Assembly (NCBI RefSeq): GCF_965282765.1
Contig: NZ_OZ392461.1
Direction: 5' to 3' (one strand)
DNA: 24,000 nt
Numbering within the stretch: the stretch's first letter is position 1; the number at the start of each line of letters is the position of its first letter. The position numbers and the translations under genes are program-made. Below the pieces are notes generated by a model. That model was not told where the DNA came from and did not search any database. It saw only the letters and a program-made list of their open reading frames with translations. Shown here piece after piece: positions 1 through 11,660 of this stretch.

Positions 1-221
1 ACAATACGTGCCTGGACGTCGAGGATTTCACGTGGGTCAATGCCGCGCCAGATCCACATCAGACGGTTAATCATGCGATACCAGTGAGGGATGGTTTTAC
101 CATCAAGGGCCGACTGCACAGGCGGTTGTGCGCCGTGATTAAAGCGGCGAACTAGCGTCGAGGTTTCAGGATGTTTAAAGCGGGGTTTGAACAGGGTTTC
201 GCTCAGGTTTGCCTGTGTCAT
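1..221 (-). CDS. frsA: FrsA/YafA fermentation-respiration switch protein (N-terminal part only, runs off window)
   Basis: Reverse-strand reading from ATG at 221 gives [42 protein letters not shown]..., which matches the recalled FrsA N-terminus; position next to gpt as in K-12. Confidence 0.85.
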
Positions 222-312
222 GGATGCAGCCTCCAGAATACTTACTGGAAACTATTGTAACCTGCCTGAAGTTAAAAAGAACAACGCCCGGCAGTGCCAG
301 GCGTTGAAAAGA

Positions 313-771
313 TTAGCGACCGGAGATTGGCGGGACGAATACGACGCCCATATCCCACGGTTGTTCGATCCAGGTATCTTGCGGGATATCAACAACATAA
401 TCATCAACCAGCGGACGACCAGCCGGTTTTGCGAAGATGGTGACAAAGTGCGCTTTTGGATACATTTCACGAATCGCAACCGCAGTGCCACCGGTATCCA
501 CCAGGTCATCAATAACGATGAAGCCTTCGCCATCGCCTTCTGCGCGTTTTAGCACTTTAAGCTCGCGCTGGTTGTCGTGATCATAGCTGGAAATACAAAC
601 GGTATCGACATGACGAATACCCAGTTCACGCGCCAGTAACGCACCCGGTACCAGACCGCCACGGCTTACGGCAATAATGCCTTTCCATTGTTCAGAAGGC
701 ATCAGTCGGCTTGCGAGTTTACGTGCATGGATCTGCAACATGTCCCAGGTGACGATGTATTTTTCGCTCAT
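313..771 (-). CDS. gpt: Xanthine-guanine phosphoribosyltransferase (152 aa)
   Basis: [28 protein letters not shown]... with the PRPP-binding motif [12 protein letters not shown]. Confidence 0.97.
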
Positions 772-1031
772 GTGAAGTGTCCCAGCCTGTTTATCTACGG
801 CTTAAAAAGTGTTCGAGGGGAAAATAGGTTGCGCGAGATTATAGAGATCTGGCGCACTAAAAACCAGTATTTCACATGAGTCCGCGTCTTTTTACGCACT
901 GCCTCTCCCTGACGCGGGATAAAGTGGTATTCTCAAACATATCTCGCAAGCCTGTCTTGTGTTGACAACATTTTCTGCTAACCCTGTGACCTGCAATACT
1001 GTTTTGCGGGTGATCGACAAGGAGACTTAAC

Positions 1032-2489
1032 GTGTCTGAACTGTCTCAATTATCTCCACAGCCGCTGTGGGATATTTTTGCCAAAATCTGTTCTATTCCT
1101 CACCCGTCCTATCATGAAGAGCAACTCGCTGAATACATTGTTGGTTGGGCAAAAGAGAAAGGTTTCCATGTCGAACGCGATCAGGTAGGTAATATCCTGA
1201 TTCGTAAACCTGCTACCGCAGGTATGGAAAATCGTAAACCGGTCGTCTTGCAGGCCCACCTCGATATGGTGCCGCAGAAAAATAACGACACCGTGCATGA
1301 CTTCACTAAAGATCCTATCCAGCCTTATATTGATGGCGAATGGGTTAAAGCGCGCGGCACCACGCTGGGTGCGGATAACGGCATTGGTATGGCGTCTGCG
1401 CTGGCGGTTCTGGCTGACGAAAACGTGGTTCACGGCCCGCTGGAAGTGCTGCTGACCATGACCGAAGAAGCCGGTATGGATGGTGCTTTTGGCTTACAGA
1501 GCAACTGGTTGCAGGCTGATATTCTGATTAACACCGACTCCGAAGAGGAAGGTGAAATCTACATGGGTTGCGCGGGGGGTATCGACTTCACCTCCAACCT
1601 GCATTTAGATCGTGAAGCAGTTCCAGCTGGTTTTGAAACCTTCAAGTTAACCTTAAAAGGTCTAAAAGGCGGTCACTCCGGCGGTGAAATCCACGTTGGC
1701 CTGGGTAATGCCAACAAACTGCTGGTGCGCTTCCTGGCGGGTCATGCAGAAGAGCTGGACCTGCGCCTTATCGATTTCAACGGTGGCACACTGCGTAACG
1801 CCATCCCGCGTGAAGCCTTTGCGACCATTGCTGTCGCAGCTGATAAAGTCGACGCCCTGAAATCTCTGGTGAATACCTATCAGGAAATCCTGAAAAACGA
1901 GCTGGCAGAGAAAGAGAAAAATCTGGCATTGCTGCTGGACTCTGTTGCGAACGATAAAGCTGCCCTGATTGCGAAATCTCGCGATACCTTTATTCGTCTG
2001 CTGAACGCCACCCCGAACGGTGTGATCCGCAATTCCGATGTGGCAAAAGGTGTGGTGGAAACCTCCCTGAACGTCGGTGTGGTGACCATGACTGACAATA
2101 ACGTAGAAATTCACTGCCTGATCCGTTCTCTGATCGACAGCGGTAAAGACTACGTGGTGAGCATGCTGGATTCGCTGGGTAAACTGGCTGGCGCGAAAAC
2201 CGAAGCGAAAGGCGCATATCCTGGCTGGCAGCCGGACGCTAATTCTCCGGTGATGCATCTGGTACGTGAAACTTATCAGCGTCTGTTCAACAAGACGCCG
2301 AACATCCAGATTATCCACGCGGGCCTGGAATGTGGTCTGTTCAAAAAACCGTATCCGGAAATGGACATGGTTTCTATCGGGCCAACCATCACCGGTCCAC
2401 ACTCTCCGGATGAGCAAGTTCACATCGAAAGCGTAGGTCATTACTGGACACTACTGACTGAACTGCTGAAAGAAATTCCGGCGAAGTAA
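1032..2489 (+). CDS. pepD: Aminoacyl-histidine dipeptidase / peptidase D (485 aa)
   Basis: M20-family metallopeptidase motifs (LQAHLDMVPQ, GTTLGADNGIG, MTEEAGMDG); full-length ORF. Confidence 0.97.
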   Translation: MSELSQLSPQPLWDIFAKICSIPHPSYHEEQLAEYIVGWAKEKGFHVERDQVGNILIRKPATAGMENRKPVVLQAHLDMVPQKNNDTVHDFTKDPIQPYIDGEWVKARGTTLGADNGIGMASALAVLADENVVHGPLEVLLTMTEEAGMDGAFGLQSNWLQADILINTDSEEEGEIYMGCAGGIDFTSNLHLDREAVPAGFETFKLTLKGLKGGHSGGEIHVGLGNANKLLVRFLAGHAEELDLRLIDFNGGTLRNAIPREAFATIAVAADKVDALKSLVNTYQEILKNELAEKEKNLALLLDSVANDKAALIAKSRDTFIRLLNATPNGVIRNSDVAKGVVETSLNVGVVTMTDNNVEIHCLIRSLIDSGKDYVVSMLDSLGKLAGAKTEAKGAYPGWQPDANSPVMHLVRETYQRLFNKTPNIQIIHAGLECGLFKKPYPEMDMVSIGPTITGPHSPDEQVHIESVGHYWTLLTELLKEIPAK

Positions 2490-2499
2490 TTACAATAAT

Positions 2500-2521
2500 G
2501 TCCACGCCTGCGGGCGTGGAC
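2500..2521 (+). terminator. Hairpin downstream of pepD (GTCCACGC-CTGCGG-GCGTGGAC)
   Basis: Perfect 8-bp inverted repeat starting 11 nt after the pepD stop. The following T-tract is weak. Confidence 0.5.
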
Positions 2522-2536
2522 TACTGTTTGAAGCCA

Positions 2537-2779
2537 ATGGCTATCTATATCGAAATAACAAAACATTATGAAACTCATGAAAAGGTCGCATATTTATATA
2601 GCTGCGACCATATTTCATGGGGAGAATTTCTGATCACCAAAGAAGGTTTTGCGCTGGAATCCGTGAAAGAACTTAAGGGTGAAAAGCAGAAATTTTATAT
2701 GTTCAGAGCCTGGGGCAAAGTCAGGAGAGCATACTTAACCACGGGAGAATTTCCCCAGGAAACATGTTACGCCGCTTAA
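2537..2779 (+). CDS. Small hypothetical protein (about 80 aa from internal ATG, MAIYIEITKHYETHEKVAYLYS...)
   Basis: Open frame between pepD and the convergent reverse-strand cluster; the tracked ORF start at 2498 lies inside the pepD hairpin, so the ATG at 2537 is more plausible. Confidence 0.5.
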   Translation: MAIYIEITKHYETHEKVAYLYSCDHISWGEFLITKEGFALESVKELKGEKQKFYMFRAWGKVRRAYLTTGEFPQETCYAA

Positions 2780-2795
2780 AGTCAGAATAATTTTT

Positions 2796-3305
2796 TCATG
2801 CATTTACCATTTTGGCATTACGCCTGCACCACATGGCAATGGCGGCAACCACTAATGCCAGTTCCAGTAAAAACGACCAGTGTAATAAAAAATTGAGCCA
2901 CCACGGATGATGTACCGCCGTAATATGAAAGAATGCAAACGGTTGGTTAACGAAAGGCATCAGCCACCAGATATCACCGACCAGCGTATCGAGTAATAAA
3001 TGCGCGATACTATTCAGGCAAAACACCACGCCCAGCCACGCCGGAAGTTTATTCTTCGCAATTCCTGCCCAGACTAATGTCGCCGCCAGCAGAGCAAACC
3101 ATAATAATGGCCAATGAGACGGGTAAAGATGATGATGTCGTTGCCCGTTATCAACCAGATAGCACCAAAAAAGATCAAAATCGGGCGCAACGGCCCCAAG
3201 TAAGCCAATAACCATCGCCCAGCGCGCATGACGAGCAATCAGTGGCAAGCGTTTCATTAAAGTACAAGTTATTAAATAACCAGCCGGAAGATGACCGATA
3301 AACAT
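2796..3305 (-). CDS. Membrane-bound metal-dependent hydrolase-like protein (YdjM/YbcI-type), about 169 aa
   Basis: MFIGHLPAGYLIT..., GAVAPDFDLFW, NSIAHLLLDTLVGD motifs plus several hydrophobic helices. Start chosen at the ATG for MFIGHLP. Confidence 0.65.
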   Translation of the reverse strand: MFIGHLPAGYLITCTLMKRLPLIARHARWAMVIGLLGAVAPDFDLFWCYLVDNGQRHHHLYPSHWPLLWFALLAATLVWAGIAKNKLPAWLGVVFCLNSIAHLLLDTLVGDIWWLMPFVNQPFAFFHITAVHHPWWLNFLLHWSFLLELALVVAAIAMWCRRNAKMVNA

Positions 3306-3366
3306 GACTATTCCTTTCGTTTTTCCCGCCGCTTTCATATAGAAAACGGCGGGAGACATTCCTCAA

Positions 3367-3981
3367 TTACACAGCGACAAAAGCCATCCCTGTAAACGTT
3401 CGTCGCGGGTTGCCACGTTCAATCTGGTGATGGAACATTCGCCGCTGCGATTTCAGCGCCGCGCTATTTTCCTGTTGCTGTTGCTCCAGCTTCCAGGCAA
3501 TCAGCAATCGCGCCAGCCGTTTGTTGGCATGTTGGCTGCGCTCTGACTGAACCTTCACGCTAATCCCGGATGCCAGATGCGTGGCGCGTACCGCCGAGTC
3601 GGTTTTATTGACATGTTGACCGCCCGGCCCCGACGAACGCAGCGTCTCATAACGGATTGCATCCGATTGTTCCTGCTCATCAGCAGTAAAACGCCCAATG
3701 CCCAGAAACCAGTTTTTGCGCCCATGATGAGGCCGATACGGACTCGGACAAATCCACTGGATAGTGCCGCACCAACTTTCGCTTAATGCCCATGCGTTAT
3801 CGCCATCCAGAGAAATCAGCGCTGAACGCAACGTGTCAGAGTAGCGACCCGTTTCTGTTTCCAGCACCGTTATCGCGACGTCTTGTCGGGTAGCTTCTTT
3901 AATCAACCTGTCCAGCGCCTTTTTCACTGCGAGGCAACATTCTTCCGGCCCCTGCGCTGAGGAGAGTTGTAGCAAGATCAT
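3367..3981 (-). CDS. prfH: PrfH, class I peptide-release-factor-like protein (about 204 aa from [11 protein letters not shown])
   Basis: RF-like peptidyl-tRNA hydrolysis motif [20 protein letters not shown]. The start codon overlaps the rtcB2 stop as ATGA. Confidence 0.9.
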   Translation of the reverse strand: MILLQLSSAQGPEECCLAVKKALDRLIKEATRQDVAITVLETETGRYSDTLRSALISLDGDNAWALSESWCGTIQWICPSPYRPHHGRKNWFLGIGRFTADEQEQSDAIRYETLRSSGPGGQHVNKTDSAVRATHLASGISVKVQSERSQHANKRLARLLIAWKLEQQQQENSAALKSQRRMFHHQIERGNPRRTFTGMAFVAV

Positions 3982-5117
3982 CCTTTTTTCCCTCCACTGT
4001 TTTTGAGCGTTAGCACCGGACGCAGCCGCGCGACAGGAATAATTAAACCGGCTTGCACCAGACATTGCACCACGCTTTCAGCCGATTTATAGGCTTGTGG
4101 CGCTTCTTCAAAGATGAGTTGTTTATCGCGACAAATTACCCGACTGCCAAGTTCAGTACGCGAGAGTTGCGTCGCCGTGCATTTCGCTGCCAGACGCCCT
4201 TTACACTCGGTGCGCCCCCATTTACGCCCTGCCCCATGCGCCAGCGAGTGGAGCGTTTTTTCGTTCGCAACAGGCTGTACAAGCCAGGAGTAATCACCGC
4301 GTGAACCGGGAATAATCACCAGACCGTTGTCATCCGGCGTGGCACCTTTACGATGCAACCAACCCTGTTGATCGCCGATTTGGCACGCGCTAACAAAGTT
4401 ATGCGCCACATCCAGAACCGGACTTCCGGTGGCCTTAACTTGTTGCATTATGCGCAAAGCAATCATCTGGCGATTAATACGCGCAAACGCTAGCACATCG
4501 TCATGTTCCGCAATATACCGTAGCGCGTCGTCACTGCCTTCAGGCAAACCATGATGCGAAAACGAGGCAATATGCCGCTGTAAAATAGACTGCCCCAACC
4601 CCCTCGAGCCGCTATGAACCAGCAGTTGCAGATGCTGCGCATCCAGACCTGCCAGTGCAAACAGTTCAGCGTCGATGATTTCATCAACTTGTTGCAGTTC
4701 TGCGAAGTGGTTTCCGCCACCGATAGAGCCAAGCGAGCTGCGCCACGGATGCTGTGCAAATGCTGACGGCAGGTTTTCCTCCAGCCAGCTTTCTTCAGCA
4801 ACGTCATCCAAAGCTGATAATCGCTTTTCAAACTTATCGGCGTTGTATTTGCGAGCGAGAATATCTGTTTGCCATAGCGCCATGCCGCAGCCGATATCAT
4901 TGCCGACCAGTGCCGGGTAAAAACGGCCTGCGGAGAAGAACGCTGCGCCAATCGGGTAGCCGCGTCCGGGATGTAAATCTGGCATCCCTACTACGCGCTG
5001 CATGTTGGGTAAATTTGCCGTGGTGTGTAATTGTTGGATCGCTAAACTCTCGATCCACAGGTCATCAGATGCGATGGTAAATACCGCATCGGATAAGGGA
5101 CGAATATATTTGCCCAT
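3978..5117 (-). CDS. rtcB2: RtcB-family RNA ligase (RtcB2 type), about 379 aa; alternative start at 5129
   Basis: RtcB motifs [58 protein letters not shown]; coupled to prfH. Confidence 0.9.
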   Translation of the reverse strand: MGKYIRPLSDAVFTIASDDLWIESLAIQQLHTTANLPNMQRVVGMPDLHPGRGYPIGAAFFSAGRFYPALVGNDIGCGMALWQTDILARKYNADKFEKRLSALDDVAEESWLEENLPSAFAQHPWRSSLGSIGGGNHFAELQQVDEIIDAELFALAGLDAQHLQLLVHSGSRGLGQSILQRHIASFSHHGLPEGSDDALRYIAEHDDVLAFARINRQMIALRIMQQVKATGSPVLDVAHNFVSACQIGDQQGWLHRKGATPDDNGLVIIPGSRGDYSWLVQPVANEKTLHSLAHGAGRKWGRTECKGRLAAKCTATQLSRTELGSRVICRDKQLIFEEAPQAYKSAESVVQCLVQAGLIIPVARLRPVLTLKNSGGKKG

Positions 5118-5152
5118 AAACCATTCCATTTATGAATAAAAATCAGGAAATG

Positions 5153-5202
5153 GCAGACGAATCCAGGGCAAGAAAAAAAGAATTAATCCTGGAAAGGTCT
5201 GC
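5153..5202 (-). promoter_or_regulatory. Long two-segment hairpin in the rtcB2-prfH leader
   Basis: GCAGAC(5153-5158)/GTCTGC(5197-5202) and TCCAGG(5162-5167)/CCTGGA(5188-5193), separated by a 3x3 internal loop. Confidence 0.55.
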
Positions 5203-5230
5203 AAAGAGTCATTGATAAAGGATTTGTCAT
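5183..5230 (-). CDS. Candidate 15-aa leader peptide MTNPLSMTLCRPFQD upstream of rtcB2
   Basis: AAGGAGG (5237-5243, reverse strand), 6-nt spacer, ATG at 5228-5230, in-frame TAA at 5183-5185. Confidence 0.45.
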   Translation of the reverse strand: MTNPLSMTLCRPFQD

Positions 5231-5271
5231 GATTTACCTCCTTGCAGTTTGTGGAATAAGAAAACGCGCAC

Positions 5272-5300
5272 ATACTAGGCGGGCGTTATTTTCATTGCAA
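5272..5300 (-). promoter_or_regulatory. Candidate sigma70 promoter for rtcB2-prfH (TTGCAA-N17-TAGTAT)
   Basis: -35-like TTGCAA at 5295-5300, 17-bp spacer, -10-like TAGTAT at 5272-5277; each hexamer matches consensus at 4/6. Confidence 0.4.
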
Positions 5301-5307
5301 GCTGGAT

Positions 5308-5760
5308 TTAATGTTGCGGTTTATATCGCATATAAAAATTAGTAAACCACGCTCCCCGGCATTCAACGCACTGCTGCTTAACTGTCTGAAAACCATAACG
5401 TTCAAAAAAGGGCTTTGCGGTTATGCTGGCGTCCACCGTAAGTTCGGATTCAGACTTAATCAAAGGTTTTAACAAAGCGCTGGCAACCCCACGGCGGGTG
5501 TATTCAGGGTCAACAAATAACATATCGATATAATGTTCAATGCGGGAAATAAAACCAACCGGTTGTGCATTAATGACTGCAACCCGCACTTGTGATTTCG
5601 CGAGTTTATCTTTCCAGCGAGATTCGTCAATCTGCGCCCAGGCGGCAATTTGCTGTGGAGAATAGTGCTGACTGGCAGTCATCGTAACCGCTCGAAGGAA
5701 AATAGCGCATAGTTGCTGAAAATCGCCAGGCTGATAGTTTCTTATATGTATGTTATTCAT
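5308..5760 (-). CDS. yafP: GNAT-family acetyltransferase YafP (150 aa)
   Basis: MNNIHIRNYQPGDFQQLCAIFLRAV..., FVDPEYTRRGVASALL; downstream of yafO as in the dinB operon. Confidence 0.93.
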   Translation of the reverse strand: MNNIHIRNYQPGDFQQLCAIFLRAVTMTASQHYSPQQIAAWAQIDESRWKDKLAKSQVRVAVINAQPVGFISRIEHYIDMLFVDPEYTRRGVASALLKPLIKSESELTVDASITAKPFFERYGFQTVKQQCVECRGAWFTNFYMRYKPQH

Positions 5761-5769
5761 AATATAAAT

Positions 5770-6168
5770 TCAAAAACGCATGCGAAACGCTTCTGCCATT
5801 TTCCCAATTTTATGCATTTGGTTGTTATCTCGAGCCAGTTTATGAGGTTCAGGTTTCAGAATGGCAATGAGCAACCATGCTTGCTCATCAAACGCACCCT
5901 GACAATATACCAAATGCGCTTCGTCATTCGTTCTGCTGAATTGGCGCAACTGTGGCGGAAATGGATTATTCTAATTTGCCAGATGAATATGAGCAACTCG
6001 CTCAAATTTGATTAATGGCCAGGTAAACGAGTCGTCGTAGAGTGCATCGCGACCAAATATATCTGGCAAAACACCGTCACGCTTATAGGAAATAAAATCC
6101 GCCGTTAACGCTTCAAGTTCCTCTGCTGTAAGTTGCAGGCGAATGAGTTTTGTTTTGAATACCCGCAT
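5770..6168 (-). pseudogene. yafO: mRNA interferase toxin YafO, interrupted by an in-frame TAG at codon 66 (5971-5973)
   Basis: MRVFKTKLIRLQLTAEELEALTADF...HIHLAN* then the same frame continues NNPFPPQLRQFSRTNDEAHLVYCQGAFDEQAWLLIAILKPEPHKLARDNNQMHKIGKMAEAFRMRF to TGA at 5770-5772. Confidence 0.88.
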
Positions 6169-6170
6169 CC

Positions 6171-6464
6171 TTATTCCTTAAAGTCATTGAAATCATCATC
6201 CGTCATATCATTAAGATATTTTTCAGCTCGGCGTGTAATTTCCTCTAATCTTGCAGCACTTGGACGGAAGCGCGCCTTTATAGGCTTTTTCTCCTCTTGT
6301 TCAGCAAGCATGTCCATTAACGCTTCGAATGCGCTGGCACTTAAGAGATATCCTGCGGGGCGATTATTAGAAAGAACCGCAACTGGTTGATCAATAAAGT
6401 ATTTAGCTGGGTTTTTACGTAACTCAGTGATATTGACCGATTTTTCCGCAAGAATTCGATGCAT
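6171..6464 (-). CDS. yafN: Antitoxin YafN (Phd/YefM type, 97 aa)
   Basis: MHRILAEKSVNITELRKNPAKYF...; ends just upstream of yafO. Confidence 0.95.
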   Translation of the reverse strand: MHRILAEKSVNITELRKNPAKYFIDQPVAVLSNNRPAGYLLSASAFEALMDMLAEQEEKKPIKARFRPSAARLEEITRRAEKYLNDMTDDDFNDFKE

Positions 6465-6515
6465 ACAGTGATCCCCTCATAATAATGCACACCAGAATAG
6501 ACATAATAGTATACA

Positions 6516-7571
6516 TCATAATCCCAGCACCAGTTGTCTTTCCATTTGAGGGTCAAGCAACGTCACATGCAGCCCCACCAGTCGCACACCGCGCCCGCCG
6601 CGGCGTTCATCCCAGGTTTTACGCGCGGTGGCGATTAGATCAGCTTTATTCAGCCGTGGCCAGACGTGCTCCTGAGTGGTTTGCTGGAAATCGTCGAACT
6701 TTAATTTCACTCCCTGACGGGCAATCAGTAAATCAGGTTTTACCTTTGCCAGACGGCGTTCAAGTTCCGGGTACAGCCGCTCGATAATCGCTTCACATTC
6801 AGACCAGTGATGAATATCTTCCGCCATCGTGCGTTCCACGCCGACGGATTTTCGCAACCGTTCGCTGTTAACGTCGCGCTCGTCAATCCCCTGACTACGC
6901 TCCCACAAAATGCGGCCAAATTTGCCAAAACGTTTGAGCAGAGTCACCAGATCACACTTTTGCACATCACCGCAGGTCCGCAGCCCCATCGCTTCCAGTT
7001 TTGCCGCCGAGACTTTGCCGACGCCAGGAATTTTTGCCAGCGGTAAGGTTTGCAGAAATGCCGGAACTTCTGCCGGAGTAATCACAAACTGACCGTTGGG
7101 TTTATTCATGTCGGAAGCGATTTTAGCGAGAAACTTTACCGGCGCAACGCCCGCAGACGCCGTCAGTTGCAGCTCGTTGAAGATTGTCTGGCGGATTTCC
7201 TGGGCGATGAGGGTCGCAGAACCGTGGCAATGCACACTATCGGTGACGTCGAGATAGGCTTCATCCAGTGATAACGGTTCAATGCGCGAGGTATAGCGCG
7301 AGAAAATTTCGCGGATATGATTTGAGGCTTCTTTGTAGGCGTCAAAGCGCCCTGGAAGCAGCGTGAGATGTGGGCAAAATTTGAGCGCCATCCCTGTCGG
7401 CATAGCGCTACGTACGCCAAATTTACGCGCGGGATAATTGGCGGTGCTGATCACCCCCCGACGTTCGCGGCTGCCGCCAATAGCAATAGGGATATCGCGC
7501 AGGGCAGGATTGTCGCGCATCTCCACCGCTGCGAAAAAGCAGTCCATATCCACATGAATGATTTTACGCAT
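6516..7571 (-). CDS. dinB: DNA polymerase IV (351 aa)
   Basis: [22 protein letters not shown]..., [10 protein letters not shown]; Y-family polymerase. Confidence 0.98.
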   Translation of the reverse strand: MRKIIHVDMDCFFAAVEMRDNPALRDIPIAIGGSRERRGVISTANYPARKFGVRSAMPTGMALKFCPHLTLLPGRFDAYKEASNHIREIFSRYTSRIEPLSLDEAYLDVTDSVHCHGSATLIAQEIRQTIFNELQLTASAGVAPVKFLAKIASDMNKPNGQFVITPAEVPAFLQTLPLAKIPGVGKVSAAKLEAMGLRTCGDVQKCDLVTLLKRFGKFGRILWERSQGIDERDVNSERLRKSVGVERTMAEDIHHWSECEAIIERLYPELERRLAKVKPDLLIARQGVKLKFDDFQQTTQEHVWPRLNKADLIATARKTWDERRGGRGVRLVGLHVTLLDPQMERQLVLGL

Positions 7572-7585
7572 TGCTCACCTCTCAA

Positions 7586-7605
7586 CACTGGTAAAGTATA
7601 CAGTG
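7586..7605 (-). promoter_or_regulatory. LexA box upstream of dinB
   Basis: CACTGTATACTTTACCAGTG on the reverse strand, close to CTGT-N8-ACAG, about 15 nt before the dinB ATG. Confidence 0.85.
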
Positions 7606-7641
7606 ATTTCAGAGTTTGAGAAATGCATAAAGATTCAGCAT

Positions 7642-8410
7642 TTAACGCGTTCGCTGCGAAAGCACCTGCTGCTTATCCAGCTTTTGCACCAGCGGTTGCA
7701 CCACTTTATCCCCATGCTGACCAAAGTATTGATACAGCGTATCGGACGCACTTTTGGTCAGCACCATAATCTCAATGCGCCGGTTGCCCGCGCTTTGCGG
7801 ATTTTTGGCATCCAGCAGCATCTGGTCCGCCATTGCACTTACCTGCATCACTTTATCTTCCGGCATTCCGGCCTCTTCCAGCACCCGACGAGCTGAAAGC
7901 GCGCGATCGCCCGAAAGGTTCCAGTTGTTGTAGATATTGTTTTTGTAGGCCATCGCATCGGTATGCCCGGTGATGATGATCTTATTGTCGAGCGAATCAA
8001 AAACCGGTGCTAACTCCACCAGCAAAGTTTTAAAGAACGGCATAATCTGCGCGCTGCCGCGTTCAAACATATTGCGGTTCTGGTCATCTTTAATCAGCAC
8101 GCGCAGTCCCTGGGGAACAATCTCCATCTCCAGATTCGCTTCCATATGCGCATCACGGGCAATGGTGTTGATACTGGTTGCCAGCTCGCCAAGCTCAGTA
8201 GCGGATTTCTTCTTCAGCAGCGCCGTTTTCTCGTTGACGTCATGCGCTTTTTTCTCCGTCTCTTCCGGCACCGCCACGGTGGCAGGTTTTGGCGGATGAG
8301 ACGGTCTGATTTTATTTAACGGCGACAGCCCGCCACCGTTAAAAATCGACTGCCCGTGCAGCGCGGCGATAATGCTTTCACGCTCGGATTTACTGACGCT
8401 GTTGACAATC
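7642..8410 (-). pseudogene. lafU: LafU, MotB-like OmpA-domain lateral-flagellar motor protein, N-terminally truncated at the Flag-2 deletion junction
   Basis: C-terminal OmpA-like peptidoglycan-binding domain (IIITGHTDAM, NLSGDRALSARRVL). The first ~40 residues of the tracked ORF (to 8532) are antisense to lfhA. Confidence 0.85.
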
Positions 8411-10111
8411 AACTTTATCGTCGTCACCAAAGGGGCCGAGCGTATTTCCGAGGTTTCTGCCCGCTTTACCTTAGACGCGATGCCCGGTAAACAGATGGCG
8501 ATTGACGCCGATCTTAACGCTGGGTTGATCAACCAGGCGCAGGCGCAAACCCGGCGTAAAGATGTTGCCAGCGAGGCCGATTTCTACGGCGCGATGGACG
8601 GGGCATCGAAGTTTGTGCGCGGGGACGCCATCGCCGGGATGATGATTCTGGCGATCAACCTGATCGGCGGCGTCTGTATCGGCATCTTCAAATACAACCT
8701 GAGCGCCGACGCCGCCTTCCAGCAGTATGTGCTGATGACCATCGGCGACGGGCTGGTGGCGCAGATCCCGTCCCTGCTGCTCTCCACCGCAGCGGCAATT
8801 ATCGTCACCCGCGTCAGCGACAACGGCGATATCGCCCATGACGTGCGCCACCAGCTGCTGGCAAGCCCGTCGGTGCTCTACACCGCCACCGGGATCATGT
8901 TTGTGCTGGCGGTGGTGCCGGGGATGCCGCATCTGCCATTTTTGCTGTTCAGCGCCCTGCTTGGCTTTACCGGCTGGCGGATGAGCAAACGCCCGCAGGC
9001 GGCGGAGGCGGAGGAGAAAAGCCTCGAAACGCTGACCCGAACCATCACCGAAACCAGCGAGCAACAGGTCAGTTGGGAAACCATTCCGCTGATCGAGCCC
9101 ATCAGCTTAAGCCTCGGCTACAAGCTGGTGGCGCTAGTCGATAAAGCCCAAGGTAACCCGCTCACCCAGCGGATTCGCGGCGTGCGGCAGGTGATTTCCG
9201 ACGGCAACGGCGTGCTGCTGCCGGAGATCCGTATTCGGGAAAACTTCCGCCTCAAGCCCAGCCAGTACGCCATTTTCATCAATGGCATTAAGGCTGATGA
9301 AGCGGATATTCCGGCGGATAAACTGATGGCCCTGCCCTCCAGCGAAACCTACGGCGAGATTGACGGCGTGCTGGGGAACGACCCGGCGTACGGGATGCCG
9401 GTGACCTGGATCCAGCCCGCGCAGAAAGCGAAGGCGCTGAATATGGGGTATCAGGTGATCGACAGCGCCAGCGTGATTGCCACCCATGTGAATAAGATTG
9501 TGCGCAGCTATATTCCTGATTTATTTAACTATGACGATATTACGCAGTTGCATAATCGTTTGTCGTCGATGGCACCGCGACTGGCGGAAGATTTGAGCGC
9601 AGCGCTCAATTACAGCCAGTTGCTGAAAGTGTACCGTGCATTACTGACCGAAGGCGTTTCCCTGCGCGATATCGTCACCATCGCCACTGTGCTGGTCGCC
9701 AGTAGCACATTGACCAAAGATCATATTCTGCTGGCGGCCGATGTGCGCCTGGCGCTGCGGCGCAGCATTACCCATCCGTTCGTTCGCAAACAGGAGCTGA
9801 CGGTGTATACGCTGAATAATGAGCTGGAAAATCTGCTGACCAATGTGGTGAATCAGGCGCAACAGGCCGGCAAAGTGATGCTCGACAGCGTGCCGGTTGA
9901 CCCGAATATGCTCAACCAGTTCCAGAGTACGATGCCGCAGGTGAAGGAGCAGATGAAAGCAGCGGGGAAAGCCCCTGTGCTGCTGGTGCCGCCGCAGCTG
10001 CGTCCTTTGCTGGCGCGTTATGCAAGGTTGTTTGCGCCGGGTCTGCATGTGCTGTCGTATAACGAAGTGCCGGATGAGCTGGAGTTGAAGATTATGGGGG
10101 CGTTGAGTTGA
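8395..10111 (+). pseudogene. lfhA: LfhA/FhiA, FlhA-like Flag-2 export protein lacking its N-terminal membrane region
   Basis: INFIVVTKGAERISEVSARFTLDAMPGKQMAIDADLNAGLI... matches FlhA from mid-protein onward; tracked ORF 8372-10111. Confidence 0.88.
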
Positions 10112-10138
10112 TGGCCTTTGGGGCGAATCCGGCATCGG

Positions 10139-11660
<1,522 letters not shown>

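Noticed and set aside
1662-2441. 259-aa reverse ORF opposite pepD
   Set aside because: Antisense to a confidently assigned highly expressed gene; protein has no recognisable features, consistent with a codon-bias shadow ORF.
3978-4065. N-terminal extension of the tracked prfH ORF ([17 protein letters not shown]...)
   Set aside because: This part overlaps the rtcB2 3' end out of frame; the ATGA-coupled start at 3981 is the better gene model.
8471-9064. 197-aa reverse ORF inside lfhA, plus similar antisense ORFs at 9134-9487 and 9641-10135
   Set aside because: Shadow frames opposite the FlhA-like sequence with low-complexity His/Arg/Gln composition.
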